Part shown: positions 16,687 through 25,595 of the stretch, piece by piece
Layout of the letters: every line of letters begins with the position of its first letter
Position numbering within the stretch: position 1 is the stretch's first letter
Origin: a virus
IMG/VR virus record: IMGVR_UViG_3300035701_000008
Span: 32,001 to 96,000 of that record
Length of the DNA stretch: 64,000 bases
Direction: 5' to 3' (one strand)
The notes under the pieces: generated by a model
The model's database searches: none
Told to the model about the DNA's origin: nothing
What the model saw: the letters and a program-made list of their open reading frames with translations, nothing else
Translations under genes and position numbers: made by a program

Positions 16687-16947
16687 TTATTTGTTAAGGG
16701 TTATTTCATCTAATATTTGATTGTACATACTCAAAGGCATATTACCAGATTGTCTATGTACTTCTTTTCCATCTTTTAGAAACACAATTGTAGGAAGACT
16801 TCTTACGCCATATTTTATAGCTGTTTCTCTATCTTTCTCTATGTCAATGTTGGTTATTCCTTCTACATCTTTTAATGTTTGAGCTAACACTCTACAAGGT
16901 CCACACCAACTTGCACTAAACTTAAGCACTTCTATACTATTTTCCAT
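16687..16947 (-). CDS. trxA: Thioredoxin
   Basis: WCGPC active site. Confidence 0.95.
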   Translation of the reverse strand: MENSIEVLKFSASWCGPCRVLAQTLKDVEGITNIDIEKDRETAIKYGVRSLPTIVFLKDGKEVHRQSGNMPLSMYNQILDEITLNK

Positions 16948-17587
16948 ATATATAATCTAATATTTTTCCAACTAATCCACTTCTGTGGTTAGCTTGTAGT
17001 TTAATCCATTTTATACCATCTATGTTTTTAGATAGTTCTATTGCAAAATCTAATCCTGTATAAGATTCATTTGTATCTCTTTGGGAATTGTCACCATTAA
17101 TAACTATTTTACCTGTAGTACCAAGTCTAGTTAGAATAGCTTCCATTTCTTTTTTAGTTAAGTTTTGAGCTTCTTCTACAATAAGAATATCATCTATAGT
17201 TTTACCTCTGATAAACTGTATAGGAAGAGCTTGTATCTTTCCATTCTTTACAAAATCATCCACTTTAATTCTATCTGTACATTTGTACAAGTTTTCAAGC
17301 AAAGCTTCCATATATGGATTAAACTTTTCTTTTAAATCTCCAGGAAGAAATCCTAAAGACTTACCCACTTCAATAGCACTTCTAGCTACTAGCACTTTGT
17401 CACATTGTTTAGTGTTCAGAAAATCTAATGCTGTAATAGCTCCCACTAATGATTTACCACTTCCTGCTCTTCCTGTAATAATAACAATTTGATTGTCTAT
17501 TATTAGTTCTTTAGCAAGTTTCTGTTCATCATTGAGAACTACATTATACTTAATCTCACTTTTTCTAGCTCTGTTAGGTTCTTTCAT
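16937..17587 (-). CDS. phoH: PhoH family protein
   Basis: GRAGSGKS, LGFLPGDLKEK, RGKT, EEAQN, TRLG...GDNSQ. Confidence 0.95.
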   Translation of the reverse strand: MKEPNRARKSEIKYNVVLNDEQKLAKELIIDNQIVIITGRAGSGKSLVGAITALDFLNTKQCDKVLVARSAIEVGKSLGFLPGDLKEKFNPYMEALLENLYKCTDRIKVDDFVKNGKIQALPIQFIRGKTIDDILIVEEAQNLTKKEMEAILTRLGTTGKIVINGDNSQRDTNESYTGLDFAIELSKNIDGIKWIKLQANHRSGLVGKILDYIYGK

Positions 17588-18026
17588 ATTTAGTTAATAA
17601 ATGGTTACGTCTTTTATTCACCTCTTCATATCTATACATATCATTTTCTACATTGCTATGTTCAAGAAGGGACAATAATACGATATTTTCTTCATCTAAA
17701 CAAGCTTCTGGATATTTTTCTTTTGGAAGAATATGATGGAAGTATGTAGACATAGCTTCACTACCAAGATAAACATCACTCACTTCTGACCTATGTGGTC
17801 TTTTGTTCCATACAGATAGAAAGAACTGCCTCATTTCCAAAAACTTACTAGGAGATTTGTCCAGTTTTTTCGATAATAAACTGGACTTTTGTATGGTTTT
17901 CCCACCACTAATCCCCTTTTTAGAGGTTAATGATGGGTTTACCCTACTTTGTTGCAATACTTTTCTAGGTTTATGCTGAAAGCAATATTCTCCATCAGAA
18001 TTCTTTCCACATGTTTTACACTTCAT
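17574..18026 (-). CDS. HNH-like nuclease with N-terminal Zn knuckle
   Basis: CKTC...CFQH and FHHILPK...ENIVLL..EH. Confidence 0.6.
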   Translation of the reverse strand: MKCKTCGKNSDGEYCFQHKPRKVLQQSRVNPSLTSKKGISGGKTIQKSSLLSKKLDKSPSKFLEMRQFFLSVWNKRPHRSEVSDVYLGSEAMSTYFHHILPKEKYPEACLDEENIVLLSLLEHSNVENDMYRYEEVNKRRNHLLTKYERT

Positions 18027-18355
18027 TACTTATCTGTAAAGTTTTTATTTAAATCATGTGATGATGGTCTTGGACCTAGTGGATCTGTAAAGCTACGATC
18101 AAATGGTTGTACACTAGATATAGGAATCTTACATTCAATTGGACCACCAAATGGAAAACTATTATATGGTGGTGTACAATCACAACTCTTATTCCATGGA
18201 GCATTTATCTTTTTACATCTAGGACATTCCCAAGCAAGTGAAGTTTCTTTAGGACATGTGCACATTTTTGGTGGTATTGTACTGTTCCAACTAAATGGCA
18301 TAATTTTATATCCTTGGCACTTAGTGCACATCTGAGGATGATCAAAACTAAGCAT
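18026..18355 (-). CDS. Cys-rich Zn-finger protein
   Basis: CTKC, CTC, WECPRC...APW...CDC. Confidence 0.6.
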   Translation of the reverse strand: MLSFDHPQMCTKCQGYKIMPFSWNSTIPPKMCTCPKETSLAWECPRCKKINAPWNKSCDCTPPYNSFPFGGPIECKIPISSVQPFDRSFTDPLGPRPSSHDLNKNFTDK

Positions 18356-18656
18356 TGTCTTTCACAAATTGACCGTTAATCATAACTCCTGTACGTTTAG
18401 CAATTACATTGTATGCACTATCTAAACATTCTGTCAAGCTCACTCCTTGCATTTCTGCTTGTATAATGATTGTAACTAGTATATCACCTAGAGCATCTAC
18501 TATCTCTTCATCATCACCCATAGCAATAGCAACCATAAGTTCTGTACATTCTTCCATGGTCTTACCAGCTTGTGCTATTGGTGTTCCTTTTAGAAAGATT
18601 CCTTTCTGTTCTGCCCAAGCTATAACAAGAGCTTCTAATTCATTGTAACTTTTCAT
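18348..18656 (-). CDS. MazG-like NTP pyrophosphohydrolase
   Basis: EECTEL...DALGDILV...AYNVIAKRTG. Confidence 0.85.
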   Translation of the reverse strand: MKSYNELEALVIAWAEQKGIFLKGTPIAQAGKTMEECTELMVAIAMGDDEEIVDALGDILVTIIIQAEMQGVSLTECLDSAYNVIAKRTGVMINGQFVKDNA

Positions 18657-18657
18657 A

Positions 18658-18852
18658 TTATTTTTTATTAATTATATTATTAAGCCTTTCAAACATATCT
18701 AAATTATCATTTAAAATAGGTTTAACTTCTTCTATTTCTACAGCATTTTTAATATGTTCTCTAACTTTTACTTTAGCTTGAGTTATATTTTCAGCTTCTA
18801 CCTTATACTTAAAAGTATTATTTTTAAGTTTACAATTAAAGTTATATATCAT
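18658..18852 (-). CDS. Hypothetical protein
   Basis: 64 aa ORF in operon. Confidence 0.6.
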   Translation of the reverse strand: MIYNFNCKLKNNTFKYKVEAENITQAKVKVREHIKNAVEIEEVKPILNDNLDMFERLNNIINKK

Positions 18853-18855
18853 AAT

Positions 18856-19044
18856 TTATTTTTCTAATTCTATTATACATCTTTTTAAATAATTAGCCAT
18901 GTCTAAACATTCTTCATATGAATGTTGTAACCAATCTTTAAGATCTAAATCAGTTCTTTCAAGTGTAGTATTATATTTCTTAATACCCACTTGAGATCTC
19001 TGTAATAGATCAGCTCTTACTGCTTCAACTATTTTATCTTCCAT
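18856..19044 (-). CDS. Conserved small phage protein
   Basis: GIKKYNTTL...WLQHSYEECLDMANY. Confidence 0.7.
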   Translation of the reverse strand: MEDKIVEAVRADLLQRSQVGIKKYNTTLERTDLDLKDWLQHSYEECLDMANYLKRCIIELEK

Positions 19045-20117
19045 TATATTTCATCAAATAAGTTAGTTGGTTCTGGAACTACTGCATCTTCTTCTACTTC
19101 CACTTCTTCTATAGGAAGATCAGTTTGATTGATTGCATTTACAATCTTTTCTTTTAACTCATCATAGAACTCTGGATTATCAAGTACAAGCTGTTTGAAT
19201 TCTTCAAGATCATACTTAGTTCCATCTACAGTCATAGTTTTACCATACTTACGTCCTAGTTCAAACTCATTAAGAAGACTCATCATCTCATCTAGTTTGT
19301 CTATACCTAAACCATACACTATTTCAAACTCTGATTTTCTATATGGAGGAGACATTTTGTTCTTGATAGCTTTTAGCTTAGTGATATTACCATAAGTTAC
19401 ATCACCATCTTTAGCTAAACTTCTACTCACCTCAATACGAACATCACTATAGAACTTAAGAGCATGTCCTCCTTGTGTTGTTGTAGGATTTCCAAACATA
19501 ACACCAATCTTCTCTCTATACTGACTAATCACTATTACACATACATTATGCTGTGATAGAGCCCCTTTTAGCTTTGGATAAGCATTACTGTTCAATAAAG
19601 CTTTTCTACCTATTGTACTATCCCCTACATCACCATCAAGCATCTTCTTAGGAATGAGCGATGAATCACTATCTATGATTACAAGATCAATCTCTCCTGT
19701 ATTAATCATTTCCATAGCAATGTTAAATCCTTCCTCACCACAAGATGGTTGAGAGATTAACATTTTAGTAGTGTCTACACCTAACTTCTTGAAATAGGAT
19801 TTATCAACAGCGTGCTCACCATCTATATATAGAACAGTTCCACCTTTCTTTTGACATTCAGCTGCAGCATGTCCACATATTGTAGATTTACCTGTGCCCT
19901 CCCAGCCCATAAGTTCATAGAGTTTCCCCTTTACAAATCCTCCTACACCAAGAGTGATATGATCAAACCCAATACTTCCTGTACTGATTACATCATAATC
20001 TCCTCCTGCTTTAGAATCTAATGCTAATATTGAACCAACACCATAAGTCTTGTTCAATTTGTCCATTGCTTCTTGAAACTTGCTATTAGTTTCTTTTGCC
20101 ACTGCTTTCTTTGCCAT
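19044..20117 (-). CDS. recA: RecA recombinase
   Basis: ISTGSIGFD..LGVGG, GWEGTGKST, GGHALKFYSDVR, KNKMSPP. Confidence 0.95.
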   Translation of the reverse strand: MAKKAVAKETNSKFQEAMDKLNKTYGVGSILALDSKAGGDYDVISTGSIGFDHITLGVGGFVKGKLYELMGWEGTGKSTICGHAAAECQKKGGTVLYIDGEHAVDKSYFKKLGVDTTKMLISQPSCGEEGFNIAMEMINTGEIDLVIIDSDSSLIPKKMLDGDVGDSTIGRKALLNSNAYPKLKGALSQHNVCVIVISQYREKIGVMFGNPTTTQGGHALKFYSDVRIEVSRSLAKDGDVTYGNITKLKAIKNKMSPPYRKSEFEIVYGLGIDKLDEMMSLLNEFELGRKYGKTMTVDGTKYDLEEFKQLVLDNPEFYDELKEKIVNAINQTDLPIEEVEVEEDAVVPEPTNLFDEI

Positions 20118-20138
20118 TATTTAATTGTTTTAATTGTT

Positions 20139-20146
20139 TAAAGATA
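20139..20146 (-). promoter_or_regulatory. Variant -7 element TATCTTTA before recA
   Basis: One mismatch to TAnnTTTG. Same variant at 34409-34416. Confidence 0.45.
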
Positions 20147-20162
20147 CTAAATTTTTGTTTAA

Positions 20163-20283
20163 TTGTCAAGTTTTATGTGTCATAAACTTGACAAAATGTT
20201 GTCTAATTGTGTATTATATAACACTTTATACTTATTGTTGGTGAATAACACTTATGTTCTGTTTGTTTTGGTGAAAAACACTT
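20163..20283. repeat. Palindrome plus 16-bp direct repeats
   Basis: Inverted repeat at 20163-20194. ttggtgaa(t/a)aacactt at 20238 and 20268. Confidence 0.6.
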
Positions 20284-20290
20284 TGAGGGT

Positions 20291-20316
20291 AAAAAAGCCC
20301 CAGATTTCTCTAGGGC
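20291..20316 (-). terminator. Intrinsic terminator
   Basis: GCCCTAG...CTGGGGC hairpin followed by U6 on the minus strand. Confidence 0.7.
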
Positions 20317-20350
20317 CTTCCCAACAATTAAAAAACAGAAACAGAACTCT

Positions 20351-20527
20351 TTACTCACTTGTTCTAAGTGTTGTATTTCCTTTCTCACGTTTATCAAATG
20401 GACAATGTCTACAATTATTATTACAACATTGTTTCTTTGTCTTTAATAGATACTCTTTAGTGAAATGGACTCTTCCATCTTCTAAATAATAATCTACATG
20501 TTCTACAAAATCTTTTCCATCACTCAT
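20351..20527 (-). CDS. Small Cys-rich protein (DUF5522-like, 58 aa)
   Basis: Not in track. DYYLEDGRVHFTKEYLL...CCNNNCRHCPF. Confidence 0.75.
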   Translation of the reverse strand: MSDGKDFVEHVDYYLEDGRVHFTKEYLLKTKKQCCNNNCRHCPFDKREKGNTTLRTSE

Positions 20528-20804
20528 CTCTATTCATTTTAGATTCATAAATGTAATATGTAATAATAGTTGGTTTAGCTCTAGATTTTTCTATAGCTTT
20601 TTCATAGAACAATTCAACCATTCCTTTTCTTTCTCTAAGTTTGTCTACTTGAAAACTACTATATAAACCAAGTTTATTACCATTTGTTTTAACTTTTTTT
20701 ATTTTTGAATTTGTTAATTTACTTCTTGCAGCTTCTTTAGTTATATTAAACATTTCTGCAATTTGTTCAACAGTGTAAAAAGTGTCTTTTTCAAATTTTG
20801 CCAT
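20520..20804 (-). CDS. HTH DNA-binding protein
   Basis: YTVEQIAEMFNITKEAARSKL. Confidence 0.65.
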   Translation of the reverse strand: MAKFEKDTFYTVEQIAEMFNITKEAARSKLTNSKIKKVKTNGNKLGLYSSFQVDKLRERKGMVELFYEKAIEKSRAKPTIITYYIYESKMNRDE

Positions 20805-21030
20805 TATTATACTGTTTTATAAGTTCTCTTTCATCCTCAAATGCATATCTGTATTTGACATCTTTGTATTCTTCCATTATAAAAGGATTCTGTAGCTTTC
20901 TCCAGAAGTTCTTATCATCTTTTGTTTCTACAGCAAGAATGATGTGACTATCGTTATATCCACAAACATATCCTTTATATTTTGGATGTACAACTAACAT
21001 GTTTTTAAACTGGTTGAATACTTTTTCCAT
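20791..21030 (-). CDS. Hypothetical protein
   Basis: 79 aa ORF. Confidence 0.65.
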   Translation of the reverse strand: MEKVFNQFKNMLVVHPKYKGYVCGYNDSHIILAVETKDDKNFWRKLQNPFIMEEYKDVKYRYAFEDERELIKQYNNGKI

Positions 21031-21343
21031 CTTTGTCTAAGTTAAGACTAGCAAGTCTATTTTCTAATTCATATTCCACCTTTAGAATGAAGTTGATTTT
21101 CTCTTCAAGCTCTTGATCAATAATCCTACCTACAAAAGGCATTAAGTCATAAAGATTTGTATACACTCTAGCCATTCCATATTTGGTTTTTATTTGACTA
21201 AATTGAAATCCTGGAATCTTTATAAGATCATTGAATATCTGATCTACATATGCAAGTACAGAAGGTTCATGAATGTCCATTCCATAATGGTCTTCTTCAA
21301 TATACTGTTTATACTTCTCGTTAAATTCTTCTGTTGTTCTCAT
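21005..21343 (-). CDS. Conserved phage protein
   Basis: QIKTKYGMARVY motif. ATG start MRTTEEF preferred. Confidence 0.65.
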   Translation of the reverse strand: MRTTEEFNEKYKQYIEEDHYGMDIHEPSVLAYVDQIFNDLIKIPGFQFSQIKTKYGMARVYTNLYDLMPFVGRIIDQELEEKINFILKVEYELENRLASLNLDKDGKSIQPV

Positions 21344-21364
21344 GTTTTTTAAATTATAGGGAGA

Positions 21365-21372
21365 CAAATATA
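21365..21372 (-). promoter_or_regulatory. Bacteroidota -7 promoter TATATTTG
   Basis: Consensus match lying in the loop of a 7-bp inverted repeat (21358-21384). Confidence 0.65.
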
Positions 21373-21392
21373 CATCATCTCCCTGATTATTC

Positions 21393-21686
21393 CTAATTAA
21401 TTTTCATCCATTTACCATTCCACACTGATTTTTCATCAAGTATCCATTCTCCTTTACATCCTCTAAGATTAACTGGAAAAGGTCTTAATCTTTCAGCTGT
21501 AGTTCTAGACCATCCATAGTTACCATCACTTATATATAGGCCATCATCTTCTTGTTTAGCAATAGCTCTACCATGTAAGTACATAGTTATTACACCATCA
21601 TTGAATCTAACTTCTGTATTTCTACATTTGAATCTTTTTCTGGCATTAAATGCATCATGTGCATCACTCGTTATCTGTCTCATCAA
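21393..21686 (-). CDS. Hypothetical protein
   Basis: 97 aa, LHGRAIA...GWSRTTAERL. Confidence 0.7.
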   Translation of the reverse strand: MMRQITSDAHDAFNARKRFKCRNTEVRFNDGVITMYLHGRAIAKQEDDGLYISDGNYGWSRTTAERLRPFPVNLRGCKGEWILDEKSVWNGKWMKIN

Positions 21687-22098
21687 TAAGTTCTTTAGGT
21701 GTTAATTTATTTTCTAACATTTCAAATGCAGCTTCTACAGCAAATAGCTCTGCTTCTTTTCTTGTAGAATATGGAGTAGATGGTGTATCATCTAAACTTT
21801 CTAATGTATCTATTCCTATTAAAAATTTCATTTTAGGAACATGAGGTTCTATTACAGAATGTATAGGAACAATATGTACATATAATCCATTCTCATCAAA
21901 TACATCTAATAACATTCTAGGATTAACATCAATCAATGTTCCTATCTTATCATCATCTACACCTTGCTCAAGCATAAAATCTTTAAATTCACTTGGCACT
22001 GATTCATCTTTAAATGAGTTAATCATTTCTTTTAGAAACCAATCTTTAACCACCTTTCCTGCTAGTGGATACTTCTCTATTAATTCAAGTCCTTTCAT
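21664..22098 (-). CDS. Hypothetical protein
   Basis: 144 aa ORF. Confidence 0.7.
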   Translation of the reverse strand: MKGLELIEKYPLAGKVVKDWFLKEMINSFKDESVPSEFKDFMLEQGVDDDKIGTLIDVNPRMLLDVFDENGLYVHIVPIHSVIEPHVPKMKFLIGIDTLESLDDTPSTPYSTRKEAELFAVEAAFEMLENKLTPKELIDETDNE

Positions 22099-22301
22099 GA
22101 GTTTACTTCTTTAAGTTTTACTAATTCTTTATGTTTATTCATCCACCAATCTCTCTCATAATCAAATTCATTAAGAGCATCTGTATTCTTAGCAGCATTA
22201 TATCTAATATCATACAATGCAGATATTACATCTGTAACTGCTGCCATTCTATCATCACCAAATTCAGCTACTAGCTTTTGGTATATTTCTTCGTTATACA
22301 T
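22095..22301 (-). CDS. Hypothetical protein
   Basis: 68 aa ORF. Confidence 0.65.
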   Translation of the reverse strand: MYNEEIYQKLVAEFGDDRMAAVTDVISALYDIRYNAAKNTDALNEFDYERDWWMNKHKELVKLKEVNS

Positions 22302-22857
22302 TTTCTTTTATTTTATCAATTTGTAATATTTCATTTGATTCATCGAATCCTTCCCACACCTCAAAATCATCACCAATAGTTATCTTAAGATCTATTCCAA
22401 GCTTTTCTTCCCAGAATTCTATAAGATCTTCTGATTTCTTGAAGATTCTGTATTGCAAAGATATCTCATCTTTGTTCAATCCATTCTTAACAATCTTAAT
22501 CACCTTTGGAAACATCTTTTGAAAGTCTTCAGATGTCTTAGAATATTTACCCTGTTTGATTAGTTGAAAATCATTCTTAAATCTTTCATTAAGCTGATAC
22601 ACCACTACAACAAATCCATCTTCATAATCATAGTCTTCTATAATAGTTTTAGTTCTTTCGTATTCACTATCAAGAAACTCTCTAAACTTATCAAGATCTT
22701 TAGGTTTGAATAATAGATAAATCGATCCTGCATATTGATCTTCTCTTCTATCATCCTTAATATATGCATTGATAAATCCATTAGCTCTAAGAGCATCTTT
22801 AGGCACCTTAATAGTGGGCACCATAAAGATACTAGTTAAATTCTTTCTAATCTCCAT
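22294..22857 (-). CDS. Conserved phage protein
   Basis: 187 aa, FINAYIKD...GKYSKTS. Confidence 0.7.
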   Translation of the reverse strand: MEIRKNLTSIFMVPTIKVPKDALRANGFINAYIKDDRREDQYAGSIYLLFKPKDLDKFREFLDSEYERTKTIIEDYDYEDGFVVVVYQLNERFKNDFQLIKQGKYSKTSEDFQKMFPKVIKIVKNGLNKDEISLQYRIFKKSEDLIEFWEEKLGIDLKITIGDDFEVWEGFDESNEILQIDKIKENV

Positions 22858-22860
22858 AGG

Positions 22861-23913
22861 TTATCCCTTAATGTTTACAATTCCATTAGATAAATAGTTT
22901 TTGTGGCTAATATTCCACGTGTTTGTTTCTCTACACCAAGTAAGAGCAGCAATTAATTCTTGTACACCAGGATAAGTTCTTCCTTTGTGTACAAATCCTT
23001 CATATGCATCATTCATATCAGATGTATCAAGAGTGTAAATTAATGGCTGATAATAGTTAGTGCTGTCACATACAATGAATTGTAAGAAATTCACTGTATA
23101 TCCATAATATTCACTCTCTGGATCATTTGCTATGTGTAACATTGCATGATAATATAAGTACGCTTGGATGTACGCTCTCCTGTACAAGTAATATTCTTCA
23201 TAGAAGTTTTCTACACTCCATGTACATTTAAGATCGTATGGTTGGATTGTTCTTTCTTTGTGATCAATCACCACTTTATCAAGCATACTCTTAAACTTAT
23301 GGCCATCTATTGTATATCCCTCCACTTGCATCTGATCTTTGACTTCATATCTAGAGCTGTTTAGAAGATTAACAATTGGTGCTGTTGTAGTGTTGATTCT
23401 AAGTTGTTCTACAATCTTCTCAGCAATAGATATCTCTGTAGTGTTAACCACTGTCAGATTCTTAGTTCTCACCTGTCTTATTTCATTGTAATATATCTCA
23501 GCATCACTTCCTACAAACTTAGTTATTACAGCTTCATATTTGATTTTGAATCCAGAATCTCTATATGCAGCTTCTAACAATTCATTCATAGGTGTTACCA
23601 CTACACCAGATTCATCTGTAGCATCTCTTGTATGTCTATACAATGCTTCAACAAAATCTAACATAAGTCCTGTTGGTGTAGAAGCACAAGATGACATATA
23701 GAACTTCTCATCAAATAAATGAGGTTCCATAAGTAGGGTTTCAACTATTCTACCCATATTAGCCGCAGCATTATCTTTATCTTCCACCTTCTCTCCAAGG
23801 AAGTATTTCTTGTAATACTTCTTTCTATCTTGTGAGAAATCTTTTAATGAACTAGAGCTGTCCATTGTCACTGCTCTGTATTGAGCTTCTGTTTTTGTTG
23901 TTCCTGTTATCAT
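22861..23913 (-). CDS. PD-(D/E)XK exonuclease (RecE/ExoVIII-like)
   Basis: SSSSLKDF, KSMLD...YDLKCT, QAYLY. Confidence 0.75.
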   Translation of the reverse strand: MITGTTKTEAQYRAVTMDSSSSLKDFSQDRKKYYKKYFLGEKVEDKDNAAANMGRIVETLLMEPHLFDEKFYMSSCASTPTGLMLDFVEALYRHTRDATDESGVVVTPMNELLEAAYRDSGFKIKYEAVITKFVGSDAEIYYNEIRQVRTKNLTVVNTTEISIAEKIVEQLRINTTTAPIVNLLNSSRYEVKDQMQVEGYTIDGHKFKSMLDKVVIDHKERTIQPYDLKCTWSVENFYEEYYLYRRAYIQAYLYYHAMLHIANDPESEYYGYTVNFLQFIVCDSTNYYQPLIYTLDTSDMNDAYEGFVHKGRTYPGVQELIAALTWCRETNTWNISHKNYLSNGIVNIKG

Positions 23914-23915
23914 AA

Positions 23916-24083
23916 TTATTTGTATATTAATATTGCACTGTATAGTGATAAAGATCCTTTTGGATCTTCTGTAGCTACTAAAGACATTGATAATACTGTT
24001 TTAACTATTTTATCGTCTATTAGTTTTTGTAACTCTCTATTTATTACAAATAGATGTTCGTTTTCCCATGTCCATGTATTCAT
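23916..24083 (-). CDS. Hypothetical protein (55 aa)
   Basis: Not in track. ATGA-coupled, fills the gap. Confidence 0.55.
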   Translation of the reverse strand: MNTWTWENEHLFVINRELQKLIDDKIVKTVLSMSLVATEDPKGSLSLYSAILIYK

Positions 24084-24310
24084 AATGTTTGTTTAAATGC
24101 TTCTATAATTTGTGGGTAAAGAGCTCTTACCTCCCTTGGTACTCTAGCAAAAAACCATCTCACCTCTAGTTCATATTCTTCTCCTCCACTAGATAATCCT
24201 TGTGGATGTATTAACCAGAAATAATGGTATTTACCTTCATGCTCTACATGTCCTTCATGCCACACCTCATTGAATGATGGTGTTTTGTTAATTGTAATTG
24301 CGTTAGTCAT
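24080..24310 (-). CDS. Hypothetical protein
   Basis: 76 aa ORF. Confidence 0.65.
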   Translation of the reverse strand: MTNAITINKTPSFNEVWHEGHVEHEGKYHYFWLIHPQGLSSGGEEYELEVRWFFARVPREVRALYPQIIEAFKQTL

Positions 24311-24716
24311 TTGTTGTTATTTTATTTACGAAACGATATAATAATTCAGTTAACATAATATCTTCCATCCATGGAGCAATATTACCTTTCATAGCCTTAA
24401 TAATATTATTAAGGTGATCATTTGACATATCAGCTATAGATTTATATGATAACTCTTGTTTACCATCTTTACCTCTATTGCCCCAATGTGCAGCACTTCT
24501 ATTGATCTGATGATCTTCTGATAGATATACAGTAGGACTAAGATCAACTAAATCTAGATCTTTACCTCCATAGCGTTGATAATTTGTTCCACCATCTACC
24601 ATTGTAACATTCTCACAACTACAAGTTTTATAATCATGTCCATGATAGGAAGTTAACACTTCTCCGCATTCTTTACATTGCACTCTATTGAGTATTATTT
24701 GTTCTAGTCCATTCAT
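24303..24716 (-). CDS. Zn-ribbon phage protein
   Basis: CKECGE...HDYKTCSC...VDGG. Confidence 0.7.
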   Translation of the reverse strand: MNGLEQIILNRVQCKECGEVLTSYHGHDYKTCSCENVTMVDGGTNYQRYGGKDLDLVDLSPTVYLSEDHQINRSAAHWGNRGKDGKQELSYKSIADMSNDHLNNIIKAMKGNIAPWMEDIMLTELLYRFVNKITTND

Positions 24717-24723
24717 AATTTAA

Positions 24724-25146
24724 TTATCTATCACATTCAACAAATGATTCTGGGTACTCTTTTAATGCTTCTAGATATCTTTCTATCCAAGGTATAAAAT
24801 GTTTATACATTCCCCAACCATTTGGGCTATTAAACTTTTCATAATGTTCTGGTCTAGCTTTCATATCTTCTAATCCTTTTTCTATAATAGAAATTATTTC
24901 ATTTGCTTTTACAGGATTAGCTTCTTCATACTTATACTCAGCATCATAATCATCTTCAGGAATATTATATCCTTCTTTTAATCTATGTGGTCTCCATAGA
25001 GCCTCATATATACCTGCTTCATCAGCCATATCTCCAAGATTATGTGTAATGTTTGCACTATACACTTCTTCTCTTCTTGGTTCAAATATTACACCACCAT
25101 CATAACTGACATGGTAATCTCTATATAATGTTACGTCTAAACTCAT
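24724..25146 (-). CDS. Conserved phage protein
   Basis: MSLDVTL, NITHNL, NSPNGWG. Confidence 0.7.
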   Translation of the reverse strand: MSLDVTLYRDYHVSYDGGVIFEPRREEVYSANITHNLGDMADEAGIYEALWRPHRLKEGYNIPEDDYDAEYKYEEANPVKANEIISIIEKGLEDMKARPEHYEKFNSPNGWGMYKHFIPWIERYLEALKEYPESFVECDR

Positions 25147-25532
25147 ATTGTTTTCTTTTTAGATTGTTTTTCTTTAAGCGTTTTCTTATCATGACATGTA
25201 GTACATAATACCTGTAGGTTATCTTGTTCACAGAACAGTCTCTCCACAAATAGTGGTAGGTCTTGTGCACAATTCAATGAACCTGCAGGTATAATGTGAT
25301 CTACATTAATATTCTTTTCAGTAGTCCAAGTTTTGCACTTCTTACATTGGTATTCGTACTTTTGTCTTTTACTAGGTCCTTTGTAATCTCTACGTGCATT
25401 TAACTTACACACTGATATAGGCTTCCACCATCTGCTCTTTTGTCTCAAAGCACTTCTTATGAAGCTCCAGAAGGCTGCCTCACTCATTGTTCCACTACAT
25501 CTTGTCTTTGGGACTAACACTCTCTTTGCCAT
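25143..25532 (-). CDS. HNH nuclease
   Basis: CKKC...VDHIIP...NLQVLCTTCHDKKT. Confidence 0.85.
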   Translation of the reverse strand: MAKRVLVPKTRCSGTMSEAAFWSFIRSALRQKSRWWKPISVCKLNARRDYKGPSKRQKYEYQCKKCKTWTTEKNINVDHIIPAGSLNCAQDLPLFVERLFCEQDNLQVLCTTCHDKKTLKEKQSKKKTI

Positions 25533-25555
25533 ATTGTTATAATTAAGTTATGTCG

Positions 25556-25563
25556 CAAATATA
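25556..25563 (-). promoter_or_regulatory. Bacteroidota -7 promoter TATATTTG
   Basis: Consensus match inside the inverted repeat 25551-25579. Confidence 0.65.
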
Positions 25564-25595
25564 GGAAATACTTGCGACAAAACTATAATTATTTA

